Shown: piece by piece, positions 40,525 through 49,832 of the stretch
How positions within the stretch are numbered: position 1 is the stretch's first letter
How the letters are laid out: each line of letters begins with the position of its first letter
Source of the DNA: an uncultured Eubacteriales bacterium
GTDB taxonomy: Bacteria > Bacillota > Clostridia > Lachnospirales > CAG-274
Direction of reading: 5' to 3'
Assembly (NCBI GenBank): GCA_902496345.1
Contig: CABVAP010000001.1
Span: 1 to 61,964, forward strand
DNA length: 61,964 bases
Made by a program: the position numbers and the translations under genes
The notes under the pieces: model-generated
What the model saw: the letters and a program-made list of their open reading frames with translations, nothing else
What the model was told of the DNA's origin: nothing
Databases searched by the model: none

Positions 40525-41046
40525 TCATTCAAAATATCTAAAAATAGCAGTAACAATAACTCCTGCAAATATAGCAATCCCAAACGGAAAATATCCGTCA
40601 GAATTTTTATCATCTACCATATATGCCGTTATTTTGTGAAAATAAAAAATATTTTTAAAATATTCAAATAAATATTTAATTCTTGAAATAAAACAATGTC
40701 TTTTTATAGCCACAAAAATCGCAATTATGCCTCCGGCTATTAAACTCATAGCCATACACCAGAGTCCCCATTCGACTCCCATAACAGCACCTATAGCCAT
40801 ATAAAGTTTAACGTCACCGGCTCGTATAATTTTCAAACAATAAAACAAAAGACATATTAAAAATGGTACAATAAGACCTAAAACTGAACTTTTAAAACTA
40901 AATTCCGGTATAATAAAATTAAATAATAACCCTGCAAGTGCAGTTCCTGCCGTCAAACGATTTTTAATTTTTTGAGTTTTATAGTCGCTATATGCAGCAA
41001 TTCCGGAAACAATTGTAATCCAAACAACACTTATGTAATAAAGCAT
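40525..41046 (-). CDS. A24-family prepilin peptidase (TadV/CpaA-like), copy 1
   Basis: Polytopic membrane protein with both catalytic Asp contexts: SDYKTQKIKN and RAGDVKLYMAIG. Confidence 0.75.
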   Translation of the reverse strand: MLYYISVVWITIVSGIAAYSDYKTQKIKNRLTAGTALAGLLFNFIIPEFSFKSSVLGLIVPFLICLLFYCLKIIRAGDVKLYMAIGAVMGVEWGLWCMAMSLIAGGIIAIFVAIKRHCFISRIKYLFEYFKNIFYFHKITAYMVDDKNSDGYFPFGIAIFAGVIVTAIFRYFE

Positions 41047-41058
41047 ATAACCCCCCTC

Positions 41059-42777
41059 TTACATCGAATAAACTCTAATTTTAGTATCAGCAAGGTACAA
41101 TGTTTCTCCGGAATTTATAGCTATTTCAGTATCTTGTTTAATTTTCTTTCGGCTTTCGCCGATGTAAACACCGTTTAAAGAGCAAATATCACGTACAAAA
41201 ATATTATTTTCTTTTAAAACAATTTCTGCGTGAATTTTACCAATCATTAAATCTTTAATCTGCAAATCAACTTGTGATTTAAGTCGCCCTATAATCGTTT
41301 TTTCTTTTGTTATTATAAATTTGTTGGTGATATTATTTTCTTTGTCGTAAACCTCTATATATCCCAAAGGTACGTTTTGATTCATCAAAACAGTTTTTTC
41401 CATTTCAATATCTTCAATTTCGTCTTCCTGTTCAATAGGCATTAAAACAGTTCTTTCAAATTTGTCATCGTCTTCCTCGATTATTAAAGGCTTTTCTTCG
41501 ATAGGTGGGTTTTGTTTCACCTCTGTTTTTTTAGTTTCAATAGGTATTTCTTTCCTTGGTATTTCTCTGTCAATCGGTTTTTGTTCTTCCCTTGTCTGAA
41601 TATGTGGAACTTCCTTTTTAAGGTCTAAAATATCTTTAGGAGGAACTTCTTTATTAAAATTTCTTTGAGGTACATTTTGAGGAATATTATTATTAGGTAC
41701 AGTCTGTGGATTAAATTGTACATTCTGTTTTCCGGTGACCTTATCCTTAACCTTTTTCTCTTTAACTTTTCTTTCCTTCGCCTTTTTTTCTTTAACATTT
41801 TGACCTTTATTTGCATTTTTTAAGAACAATTCTTTTGCAACAATAAGGTCTATAACAACGAACGCAACAACCAAAGCAATAAGTTGTTCTTGTTCAATAT
41901 CTGCCATAGCAACTTTAGCAATAATAGCAATCGCTAAAACCTGAACACCAATGAATACAGTTATTTTTGTTGAAGAGCTTTTTTTACCATTTGTTTTTTC
42001 GCTTTTATTATTTTTATTAGCCTGTTTAGTCTGTTGTTTTGCTTTGGGTTTTCCCTTTTCTTTTTTAGTTACTTTTGGCTTTTGAGGTATAGCACTGTTA
42101 AAGTTGTCACTATTTTTATAAAAAGACGGTATATCATTTGGAGTTTCATTAGTATCCATTTCATCTTGAAAATCATCATAAGTATTTTCTCTTATGTTAT
42201 TTTTAATTTTTCCAAGTATAGACTTTGAATCGTATTTGCTTATTATTTTTCGTATTTCATCTATATTTCTGTTTCTTGAAACAGTATCTAAAATCTCTAT
42301 CGAAAAATTATCATTCAGATTATCATAGTAGTTTCTAACAGTTTGTCCAAAAAAGTTCAAAATCTCATTATCAGAAAAATCTTCATTCTCTGTTGGAATA
42401 TGTATGTACCTGTAATCTTCAGCAGAATTATCATAAAAAATATAATTATAATCAAGCAAAATTCCTTTTGACGAAAGTAAGTATCCCTCAAGTTCATCAA
42501 TCATATATAAAAAACTTTTAAAGAAAACGACAATATCAGAAATACTCATTTTTCTGTTAGAAAACAGTTCCGCAAAAGTAACCATATTTTCATAATCATA
42601 ATATAAACAAGACTTGTCCTCCGTTCGCATAAACTTTGTTGCTAAAAGACAATTAATATCATTGTTTACTATCATCTTTAGTTGACTTTCTTTAATTTCT
42701 GATAATGAATTAAATGTAACAGATATATTTTTTCTGTTATTAGAATATTCTTTGTTAATAGTAAAATTTTTTTCCAT
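41059..42777 (-). CDS. FHA-domain membrane protein (DUF6382-like N-domain, two-TM hairpin, K/E/P-rich linkers, C-terminal FHA)
   Basis: C-terminal FHA: TIIGRLKSQVDLQIKDLMIGKIHAEIVLKENNIFVRDICSLNGVYI. Two adjacent hydrophobic helices (ITVFIGVQVLAIAIIAKVAMA / LIALVVAFVVIDLIVAKELF) should place both ends in the cytoplasm. Confidence 0.8.
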   Translation of the reverse strand: MEKNFTINKEYSNNRKNISVTFNSLSEIKESQLKMIVNNDINCLLATKFMRTEDKSCLYYDYENMVTFAELFSNRKMSISDIVVFFKSFLYMIDELEGYLLSSKGILLDYNYIFYDNSAEDYRYIHIPTENEDFSDNEILNFFGQTVRNYYDNLNDNFSIEILDTVSRNRNIDEIRKIISKYDSKSILGKIKNNIRENTYDDFQDEMDTNETPNDIPSFYKNSDNFNSAIPQKPKVTKKEKGKPKAKQQTKQANKNNKSEKTNGKKSSSTKITVFIGVQVLAIAIIAKVAMADIEQEQLIALVVAFVVIDLIVAKELFLKNANKGQNVKEKKAKERKVKEKKVKDKVTGKQNVQFNPQTVPNNNIPQNVPQRNFNKEVPPKDILDLKKEVPHIQTREEQKPIDREIPRKEIPIETKKTEVKQNPPIEEKPLIIEEDDDKFERTVLMPIEQEDEIEDIEMEKTVLMNQNVPLGYIEVYDKENNITNKFIITKEKTIIGRLKSQVDLQIKDLMIGKIHAEIVLKENNIFVRDICSLNGVYIGESRKKIKQDTEIAINSGETLYLADTKIRVYSM

Positions 42778-42792
42778 AATCGAACCACCCTT

Positions 42793-43386
42793 TTAAAAAT
42801 TAATAATATTTAAACTCACACTTAAGAATAGAAATGGCAAAAAAGGAATTTCCGTTTTAATTTTTGCTTTTTTTAAAATCAAAAGACCAATACCATAAAG
42901 CATAGATATAAATAACGCTGTAAATAACACGTTAAAGATATGTGGATAACCGTAAGCAAAACTAAGAGCAATTATAACTTCTATATCACCAATACCAACG
43001 CTTGACTTTTTGACCTTATAAAACACAAGTAGAACAATTGCTATAACAACGCCCAAAATCACGCAATTAATTAGTTTACAATATGGATTAATAAGCATCA
43101 TAATTGCACATATAAAAGCAAATATGTATATGAATACAATAGGTATTTCCATATCTTTTATATCCCAAAAGCTAAGTAACAAAAGTAGTAATTGCATTGC
43201 CGATTGAGTAATGACGAAATATAAATCCATATCTTTCAAGAACAGCATTACATAGTTCGAAAAGCCAATAAGTATTAAAATAGGCAAATATAAAAGTTTT
43301 TTATTTAAAATCTTAAATTTTATATCTGCAAAAATGGCACAAGCCATAAAAACAACAGTCAATAAGACACAAATAACATAATCCAT
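42793..43386 (-). CDS. A24-family prepilin peptidase-like membrane protein, copy 2
   Basis: Polytopic. Asp contexts IFADIKFKILNKKL and SVGIGDIEVIIAL (GxGD-type). Confidence 0.65.
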   Translation of the reverse strand: MDYVICVLLTVVFMACAIFADIKFKILNKKLLYLPILILIGFSNYVMLFLKDMDLYFVITQSAMQLLLLLLSFWDIKDMEIPIVFIYIFAFICAIMMLINPYCKLINCVILGVVIAIVLLVFYKVKKSSVGIGDIEVIIALSFAYGYPHIFNVLFTALFISMLYGIGLLILKKAKIKTEIPFLPFLFLSVSLNIINF

Positions 43387-43403
43387 AATACCCTCCTTAA
43401 AAA

Positions 43404-44345
43404 TTATTCCTCATCAGGTTTACATCTGCTACAAGCAGTAAGTTCTTTTCTCTTTGCTTCTGATATAGTCCCATATGTATAGTTTTCGTTCTTTGTTTTA
43501 TCTAAATAGAAGCAGCCATCTCTATGATATTTTTTACCTGCTCCTGATTCTGTCCAACAAACAGTTTTACCTGCTGCCACATCATCTAACTTTAAACCCT
43601 CTCGTTTAGACGGTGTAACGTGATTACCACCTTTAAGCCAAGCCTGTTCAATAGCCATACTTTTAAGTTTGACATCAAAAGCCGGAAAAAAAGGCAGTGT
43701 AATTTTATAGTTATATTCAACAGCTAAAATAACATCATTTTTGCTAAGTTTATCTTGTGCAATTCCTGTACGTTCAGAAATAATCTGTTTTGCGTTTGCG
43801 TTTTCAAATTCTGCTTTAGATTGTGGAAATGTAAAATATTTAACTGTAACCTTTGATTCATCAATATATATTTTATTTTCCGACAGAATTTTTTTGTATA
43901 TATTTGCTGCAAGTGCTGTTTGCTTATCACTTTTAAAAGTTTCAAGTTTGGTTAAAATATTTGATACAAAGTTGTCCTTTACCTCACTAATCGTATTAAG
44001 TACATTTTGAAGATTTCCTGTACTTGTTCCAAAATTAAAATTAAATCCCAATTCCTGAATAATAGATGTAGAGCCTCCGTCACCCAATTCTGATAATATT
44101 AATCCATTTTCAACATTATCCACTCTTTTTTGAACACCTTCAGCAAAATCATCAATCTCATTATTTACGTAAGAAATTGGGTAAGACATACCAGCAACTT
44201 TTTTAACGGTTTCGCTAGTAACATCATTAAGTGTAATATAGACCATAGACAGCTTTACGATTGACATAAGTATAAACATAAAGCATAAGAACACAGTGAA
44301 AGCGATAGTTGCCTCAATAGCCAAAGCACCTTTAACTTTTTTCAT
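43404..44345 (-). CDS. TadE-like pseudopilin with C-terminal Cys-rich (YH..C...C..C) module
   Basis: N-terminus MKKVKG|ALAIEATIAFTVFL (TadE-like, E at +5). The C-terminus is CWTESGAGKKYHRDGCFYL...ACSRCKP. Confidence 0.65.
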   Translation of the reverse strand: MKKVKGALAIEATIAFTVFLCFMFILMSIVKLSMVYITLNDVTSETVKKVAGMSYPISYVNNEIDDFAEGVQKRVDNVENGLILSELGDGGSTSIIQELGFNFNFGTSTGNLQNVLNTISEVKDNFVSNILTKLETFKSDKQTALAANIYKKILSENKIYIDESKVTVKYFTFPQSKAEFENANAKQIISERTGIAQDKLSKNDVILAVEYNYKITLPFFPAFDVKLKSMAIEQAWLKGGNHVTPSKREGLKLDDVAAGKTVCWTESGAGKKYHRDGCFYLDKTKNENYTYGTISEAKRKELTACSRCKPDEE

Positions 44346-44362
44346 AACCTCACCACCTTAAA

Positions 44363-46936
44363 TTAATAGCCGTATGTAATTGAACTTTGAACTTTATATT
44401 TTCCATTGTGTATATTTCCAAAATTAACAAAGTCAGGTAATAGCAATGGAATAAAATATAAATCAACATCAACTTCAGTATCAGCCTTTATTTGAGTTGC
44501 ATATTCGCTCAAAAAGTCCTCTGAGCCTAAATTTTCCATATTAGCTAAATTTTCATTATAGCTATTTTTCATAGTTGCGTGTATACATCTTTTAAGTGCG
44601 TCGGCACCGCCATTACCGTCCAAATGTAAAAGTAACAATATTCTTAAATGGTCAGAATATGACAAAACTTTGTACTTGCTTAAAGACGGACAAATAGCAA
44701 TAAGACCTTTACTATTAGAGTCACCACCATCTAATAACATAGTTGTCATATCAACAGCAGTTCTCGCAAGTCCACGAACAACAGCGCCAACTGTTCTTGC
44801 GATAAGTTCACCCGGTGTAGTTATCCAATAATTAACGGCATTTATTGCGAATCTTATAAGTGCAATTTCACCAATGGCATATATTGCATTATCAAGTTGC
44901 GTTTTTTGTCCGAAAATAATATATTCAACCTCAGTATGGTCAAAGTAATGTTTTCTTGTTGTTTGTGACGTTAAATATGTACACTTACTCATAATATAGT
45001 CAACAAGATAAAACTTATTTCCTGGGTTTGTAACTATGTTTTTAAGTTGATTAAATTTATCTTTGAGCTTGTTAAACATAGAAATTTTTCCACCTGAAAT
45101 ATTGTCTATGTTATTAACATCAGAAGCCCCCGGCATTGTCTTTCCAACCCAAGTTCCAGCTATTTTTTCAATTTCATCTTTAATCTCTTTAATCTTTTCA
45201 TTATAGCTATCTGTATCTAAGTTAGAATCTTTATCACTTTGTACACCAGCATTAAAATCAGGTATATTAGCGATTCCCATATCATTGTATAAATTTATAT
45301 TTTCGATTTCTTCAACCTTAGCGTTGTATGCATTTGCTTTTTCAGCAGCCTCGTCCCTTGCTTTCTTTGCAGCAGCTATAGTTCCTTTATTCTTAACAAC
45401 AAATTCATATAGACTATAATTTTTATCTAATAAATTTTTTAAATCGCTAAAATTTTTTAAATCGGTTTCTATTTCATTCAAAGTTCCTTCAGTATCTGGT
45501 TTTATTTTTTCTTCATAATATTCTTTAAAGTTTTTTCCCTCTTTGTTGTCGCAACAATCCAAAATAAGACTCTTTATATCTTTATATGTATCTCTACCAG
45601 CACCATTATCTCCGATATACTCTTTAAGAGCTTCCGTATTATAAACATCTATATTGGTATCTTCATTAATAAGTTTATCAAAAAGCTCTAAAATATGCTT
45701 TTTTTCTTTCTTTTTACTTTCTAAATCTTCTTTATTTTTTCCAAGCAATAACCCTTCTAATTCGCTAACCCTTTCAACTGTTTTTTTAGCATCATTAACA
45801 TCACAAGCCAAAACATCTTCAACTGTTTTTCCAATACCTGCTGAACTTAATTCTGTTTCTATTTCTGAACATTTTTTGTCAAAAGTAGCAACAGCCTTAT
45901 TATATTCTTTAGCAAGGGCTCGAGCCTTTTCAATTTCGCTTGCAATAGTTGCTTTAACTGAGTCTTCCTTATCCGTTGCCTCCTTTGCTTTCTTTTTTAT
46001 ATCGTTGATTAATTCTGTTTCTTCGTTAGCTTTAGCTTTTTGTTCTTCTCTTAATGTTATTTCGTCATCGCTTTCCCCCTCATATTTATCTGTCGCACCT
46101 GTAGCATAAGGTTTTTTCCCGCCTTCTATAATATTTTCTCCATTATTACCGATAATACCGTTGTTCTCTTTAGAAGTTTCAAAATTTCCAAACTTAGTGG
46201 CTTCCTCTTGTGCTTTTCTTCCCTCTTCCTGATAGTCTTCGACACTTTTTTTATATTCCGAAATTTGGTTTACAACCGAACCAACCTTGCCATTAATATC
46301 ATCTTTCCAATTATCCAAAGCCCCTAAGTCAATCGCTTGTAATTTTCCACCATTAGAAGTATTAGCCTTTACATCTGTAGAGGCACTGCCCAAAATTGTA
46401 TTTTTAGTCAAATTTGTAAATGCCCCTCCGATTTTTCCTGTAATGTTATTAACAGTACCCTCAACATCAATAGAAATATCCTTCATATCCTTTGAGAATA
46501 TCGCTTTAAATTTATCAATAACCCCCAAACATAGACTAACAGGGGCTCTATATTTAGAGTATTCATTAATTTTTTCTTGAAAGACATCAGCTTTACCGAG
46601 ATTTTTTTCACCATCAACACTTGCGTTTAATATTTCATAATTTATCAAATTACCCATATTTTCGCTATTTGCTGTATTAAGATTATTTTCAAGATACTTT
46701 TTAAAAATACTATTTATATCAGTACTTTTAGTATTAATACCAAATAACCCCCACTCTGACACCAAATTTTCGCTATATTCAGCAAGAGTAGACCTAACAG
46801 CAGACTCTGTTGCTGTTCTAACTCTGTTTTTGGCAACAAGAATCCTTGTCATATCAGCAAACACGCCACCAAAGGTAACGGTCGCAACGACTATTATAAT
46901 CAAGAAAATACTTATTCCACCCTTATGTTTTTTCAT
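44363..46936 (-). CDS. TadG-like pilus-associated protein (857 aa) with long coiled-coil middle region
   Basis: The N-terminus KGGISIFLIIIVVATVTFGGVFADMTRILVAKNRVRTATESAVRSTLAEY fits the Tad/TadG N-terminal domain. The central region is E/K-rich heptad-like. Confidence 0.65.
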   Translation of the reverse strand: MKKHKGGISIFLIIIVVATVTFGGVFADMTRILVAKNRVRTATESAVRSTLAEYSENLVSEWGLFGINTKSTDINSIFKKYLENNLNTANSENMGNLINYEILNASVDGEKNLGKADVFQEKINEYSKYRAPVSLCLGVIDKFKAIFSKDMKDISIDVEGTVNNITGKIGGAFTNLTKNTILGSASTDVKANTSNGGKLQAIDLGALDNWKDDINGKVGSVVNQISEYKKSVEDYQEEGRKAQEEATKFGNFETSKENNGIIGNNGENIIEGGKKPYATGATDKYEGESDDEITLREEQKAKANEETELINDIKKKAKEATDKEDSVKATIASEIEKARALAKEYNKAVATFDKKCSEIETELSSAGIGKTVEDVLACDVNDAKKTVERVSELEGLLLGKNKEDLESKKKEKKHILELFDKLINEDTNIDVYNTEALKEYIGDNGAGRDTYKDIKSLILDCCDNKEGKNFKEYYEEKIKPDTEGTLNEIETDLKNFSDLKNLLDKNYSLYEFVVKNKGTIAAAKKARDEAAEKANAYNAKVEEIENINLYNDMGIANIPDFNAGVQSDKDSNLDTDSYNEKIKEIKDEIEKIAGTWVGKTMPGASDVNNIDNISGGKISMFNKLKDKFNQLKNIVTNPGNKFYLVDYIMSKCTYLTSQTTRKHYFDHTEVEYIIFGQKTQLDNAIYAIGEIALIRFAINAVNYWITTPGELIARTVGAVVRGLARTAVDMTTMLLDGGDSNSKGLIAICPSLSKYKVLSYSDHLRILLLLHLDGNGGADALKRCIHATMKNSYNENLANMENLGSEDFLSEYATQIKADTEVDVDLYFIPLLLPDFVNFGNIHNGKYKVQSSITYGY

Positions 46937-46963
46937 ATAGACACACCCCCAAAATTCAGAATT

Positions 46964-47584
46964 TTAGTTATCAATTTCACTTGTTTTATCACTAATTGCG
47001 TCAATTTTTCCCTTTACTTCATCAATAATTGATTTAGTAAGTTCATAAATATAGTCAGCATTTCGGATAAACTCATCTGGGTCATATAGACTAGCTGAAC
47101 TCTGTGCCGATATGCTCATACCGTCCCCGTTACCAAAATAAACCATAATATTTCTAAAAGGAGCGTTTATTTCTTGTGTGGCACTAACGTCAATGCTACT
47201 GCCTAAAAAACTGGAATTATACACTGCCTCTACTGTAACATTTCCGCCGATAAAAGTTAAAGAGTCAACTATTTCCTTTGTTTTTTCTTGAATATATTGA
47301 ACTTCACTTTCTTTACTTCCAAATAAATCAAAATATAAATCCGGTCTGCCCTTGTTAGTTTTTCTTTTATCTCCAACCGTACCGTCAATAAAATTTTTGC
47401 TGCTGCCGTCATAATCCCACATCATTGCCCCTCTTGATGAGCCATACGACACAGCATATTCAAGAACAGCATTTTGATATAAAACCTGAAAGGCATATAA
47501 TACAGCAAATATAGCAATTAAAATTGTAGGAACAACAATAGTTGCTTCAAGTGTAAACATAGCCTTTTGTCTTTTTCTTTTCAT
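46964..47584 (-). CDS. TadE-like pseudopilin
   Basis: N-terminus MKRKRQKA|MFTLEATIVVPTILIAIFAVL (TadE-like hydrophobic segment, E at +5). Confidence 0.7.
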   Translation of the reverse strand: MKRKRQKAMFTLEATIVVPTILIAIFAVLYAFQVLYQNAVLEYAVSYGSSRGAMMWDYDGSSKNFIDGTVGDKRKTNKGRPDLYFDLFGSKESEVQYIQEKTKEIVDSLTFIGGNVTVEAVYNSSFLGSSIDVSATQEINAPFRNIMVYFGNGDGMSISAQSSASLYDPDEFIRNADYIYELTKSIIDEVKGKIDAISDKTSEIDN

Positions 47585-47617
47585 AAGTAAACACCACCTT
47601 AATTAATAAATATAATA

Positions 47618-47683
47618 GGATATACAAACACAGTTACAAATCGCAACTGTGCTTGTATATCCCCTCATCTTCAAGATGAGAGG
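47618..47683 (-). terminator. Two strong stem-loops immediately 3' of the pilin gene (intra-operon attenuator/stabiliser)
   Basis: Arms 47618-47635 / 47645-47662 pair at 17 of 18 positions, followed on the minus strand by tattatattta. A second hairpin ctcatc..gatgag lies at 47663-47683. Confidence 0.6.
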
Positions 47684-47704
47684 ATACGTTGCAATAGATA
47701 CAGA

Positions 47705-47932
47705 TTATTTGCTACTTAATCCAGTTCTATCTTTAATTTCTCCTGGCTTTACATCTATCGTATCTGCATCGCCATTTGTTTTAAAAGCGTTATTTATTAA
47801 TCCTTGTGCAAAGTCTTTAATAGCGTCTTTAAAAACCATTGCAATAGCAACCAATATAGCAATAATAATAACTATTTCAATAGTTCCCATTGCCTCCTCT
47901 TCTTGCCAGAAATCCTTAAAAAACTTCATCAT
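47705..47932 (-). CDS. flp: Flp-family (type IVc) pilin precursor
   Basis: 75 aa. Charged leader MMKFFKDFWQEEEA, then MGTIEIVIIIAILVAIAMVF hydrophobic helix with Glu. Strong RBS GGAGGAG. Sits between tadC and tadE-like genes. Confidence 0.75.
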   Translation of the reverse strand: MMKFFKDFWQEEEAMGTIEIVIIIAILVAIAMVFKDAIKDFAQGLINNAFKTNGDADTIDVKPGEIKDRTGLSSK

Positions 47933-48051
47933 AGTAATCTCCTCCTTTCTAAAATATTTTTAATTTTTATATTAAAGGTACTTTGCAAAAGCGTTTCCCT
48001 CTAATGACATAAAATAACCCTTTTTTTGAAAAAATAAAATTTCAATGCAAA

Positions 48052-48996
48052 TTATGCCCCACTAATACTAAGTATCGCTGGAAGTACAACAACCATAATT
48101 ATTCCGATAAGCATAATAGCCATAGGAATCATAAGTTTACTACTTGCCTTTTCCCCTTGTTGCTTTGCAGCAGCCTTTCTAAGTTCCCAACAATCGTCTG
48201 CTTGTTCTCGCAATGCCGGAACAACTTGAGTACCACCTTTTTTCAAGTTCAAAACAATTATAGAAACACATTTAATAACTTCTTTTATTTTGCAACGTCT
48301 TGCAAATTCCTCATAAGCCTGTGCTTCACCCTTGCCGGCTCTAATCTCCGACATAGTTATGGTGAGTTCTCTATATAATGGAGTATCTTTTCTGTTGTCC
48401 TCAACAATTTTTTCCCAAGCCTTGTTTATTGTAAGTCCGGCATTAACAAGCAATAATAACTTGTTTACAAATTCAGGAAAATCAATTTGTATAGACAATC
48501 TTTTTTCTTGAATTTTGTCTTTTAAGCTCTTATCTAATAAAATAGGCACAGCAATTAAACAAATAAATGCAACTGAAAAGAATAATTTAACATTGCCCCC
48601 ATCGTTATTAATACAAGAAATGCCACTTAAAAACATACATATAAGAAAAGCTGCAACTGCACCAAAATATTTTGTTGCCGTATGTATTTCATAATAGTAA
48701 TCAGCATATTTATGTGTATATAGCTCTGTAATATCTCGCTTTATATTTTCGTTATATCTGTAATAAGGTTCAGAAATTTTTGAAAAAACGAATTTTCTAA
48801 TTGGTAAAACCTCATTAAGATATAGTCCGATAGGCAAATATTTTTTTGCCTTAAATTCCTCTTCGTCAAGAGGTTCGATATATTCATCGTATACCCCTTT
48901 AGATTTTGTATATGCAATCATAAACACCACAAAAGCAAGTAAAAAGAATATTAAATTTAATATTTTAACAACCCAAAATGCAATAGTCATAAACAT
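48052..48996 (-). CDS. tadC: TadC-like platform protein (T2SS F family)
   Basis: T2SSF domain DFPEFVNKLLLLVNAGLTINKAW...MIPMAIMLIGIIMVVVLPAIL, with N- and C-terminal TM segments. Confidence 0.8.
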   Translation of the reverse strand: MFMTIAFWVVKILNLIFFLLAFVVFMIAYTKSKGVYDEYIEPLDEEEFKAKKYLPIGLYLNEVLPIRKFVFSKISEPYYRYNENIKRDITELYTHKYADYYYEIHTATKYFGAVAAFLICMFLSGISCINNDGGNVKLFFSVAFICLIAVPILLDKSLKDKIQEKRLSIQIDFPEFVNKLLLLVNAGLTINKAWEKIVEDNRKDTPLYRELTITMSEIRAGKGEAQAYEEFARRCKIKEVIKCVSIIVLNLKKGGTQVVPALREQADDCWELRKAAAKQQGEKASSKLMIPMAIMLIGIIMVVVLPAILSISGA

Positions 48997-48999
48997 ACG

Positions 49000-49818
49000 C
49001 TACACCTCAATATCAACAATTTTTTCAGAAACAAGAAAAGCAATAGTAAACATAACAATTGCGATAGTCATAACAACGTTACCTGTAATTGTCGAAAAAA
49101 CAGGCTCCATAAACTCGGGAGATGACATAGATAATATAAGAATCATAAATACAGGCATAACAGCCATAATACGACTTTCAAATTTCTTGCTTGTAATAGT
49201 TGTTTCGATTTCTCGTTTTGTTTCGATTTTGTCGCCGATAACTTGAGATGTATTTCTAACAACCTCTGCCAAGTTTCCCCCTGTTCTTTTACAAACACTA
49301 ATGATGTCAGCAAAATTTTCAATATCATCAATGTGCGAACGGTCGGCAAATTCTTGTATAGCCTGTTCAACTGGTTCATTCATTTCAATTTTTCTTACGA
49401 TAAAGACAGCCTCTTTCATAATAGCTGTGTCAGGGTTTGCATAGATAATAGCTAAATCCCTTAAAGCGTCTTTAAAAGCCATTTCAATAGAACGACCGGC
49501 CTCCATAGAAGATGAAACAGAATACAATAAATCTTTAAATTGAATTGTTAAGTTGTTTTTTCTTTTTTTGATTATGGATTTTGTTCTTATTTTGGGATAT
49601 TTAAAAGCAAATAAAGCAAGTAATGCCGAAAGTATTGGGTTGTGATAAAATATCATTCCCACAATAAAAATGACGATATAAGCAAAAATAATATTTATGA
49701 TATTTTCTTTTTTGCTCATTATGTATACATCATAGTCTATAATTCCTGCTTCTTGCTGTTCCCACTGTTGACGTCTAAGTTCTTTCTCTGCCTTTTTGTC
49801 TTTTTTTTCTTTTGCCAT
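49000..49818 (-). CDS. tadB: TadB-like platform protein (T2SS F family)
   Basis: T2SSF domain FKDLLYSVSSSMEAGRSIEMAF...GGNLAEVVRNTSQVIGDK. Start at ATG 49818 behind GAGGTGG. Confidence 0.8.
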   Translation of the reverse strand: MAKEKKDKKAEKELRRQQWEQQEAGIIDYDVYIMSKKENIINIIFAYIVIFIVGMIFYHNPILSALLALFAFKYPKIRTKSIIKKRKNNLTIQFKDLLYSVSSSMEAGRSIEMAFKDALRDLAIIYANPDTAIMKEAVFIVRKIEMNEPVEQAIQEFADRSHIDDIENFADIISVCKRTGGNLAEVVRNTSQVIGDKIETKREIETTITSKKFESRIMAVMPVFMILILSMSSPEFMEPVFSTITGNVVMTIAIVMFTIAFLVSEKIVDIEV

Positions 49819-49832
49819 AAAAACCACCTCTT

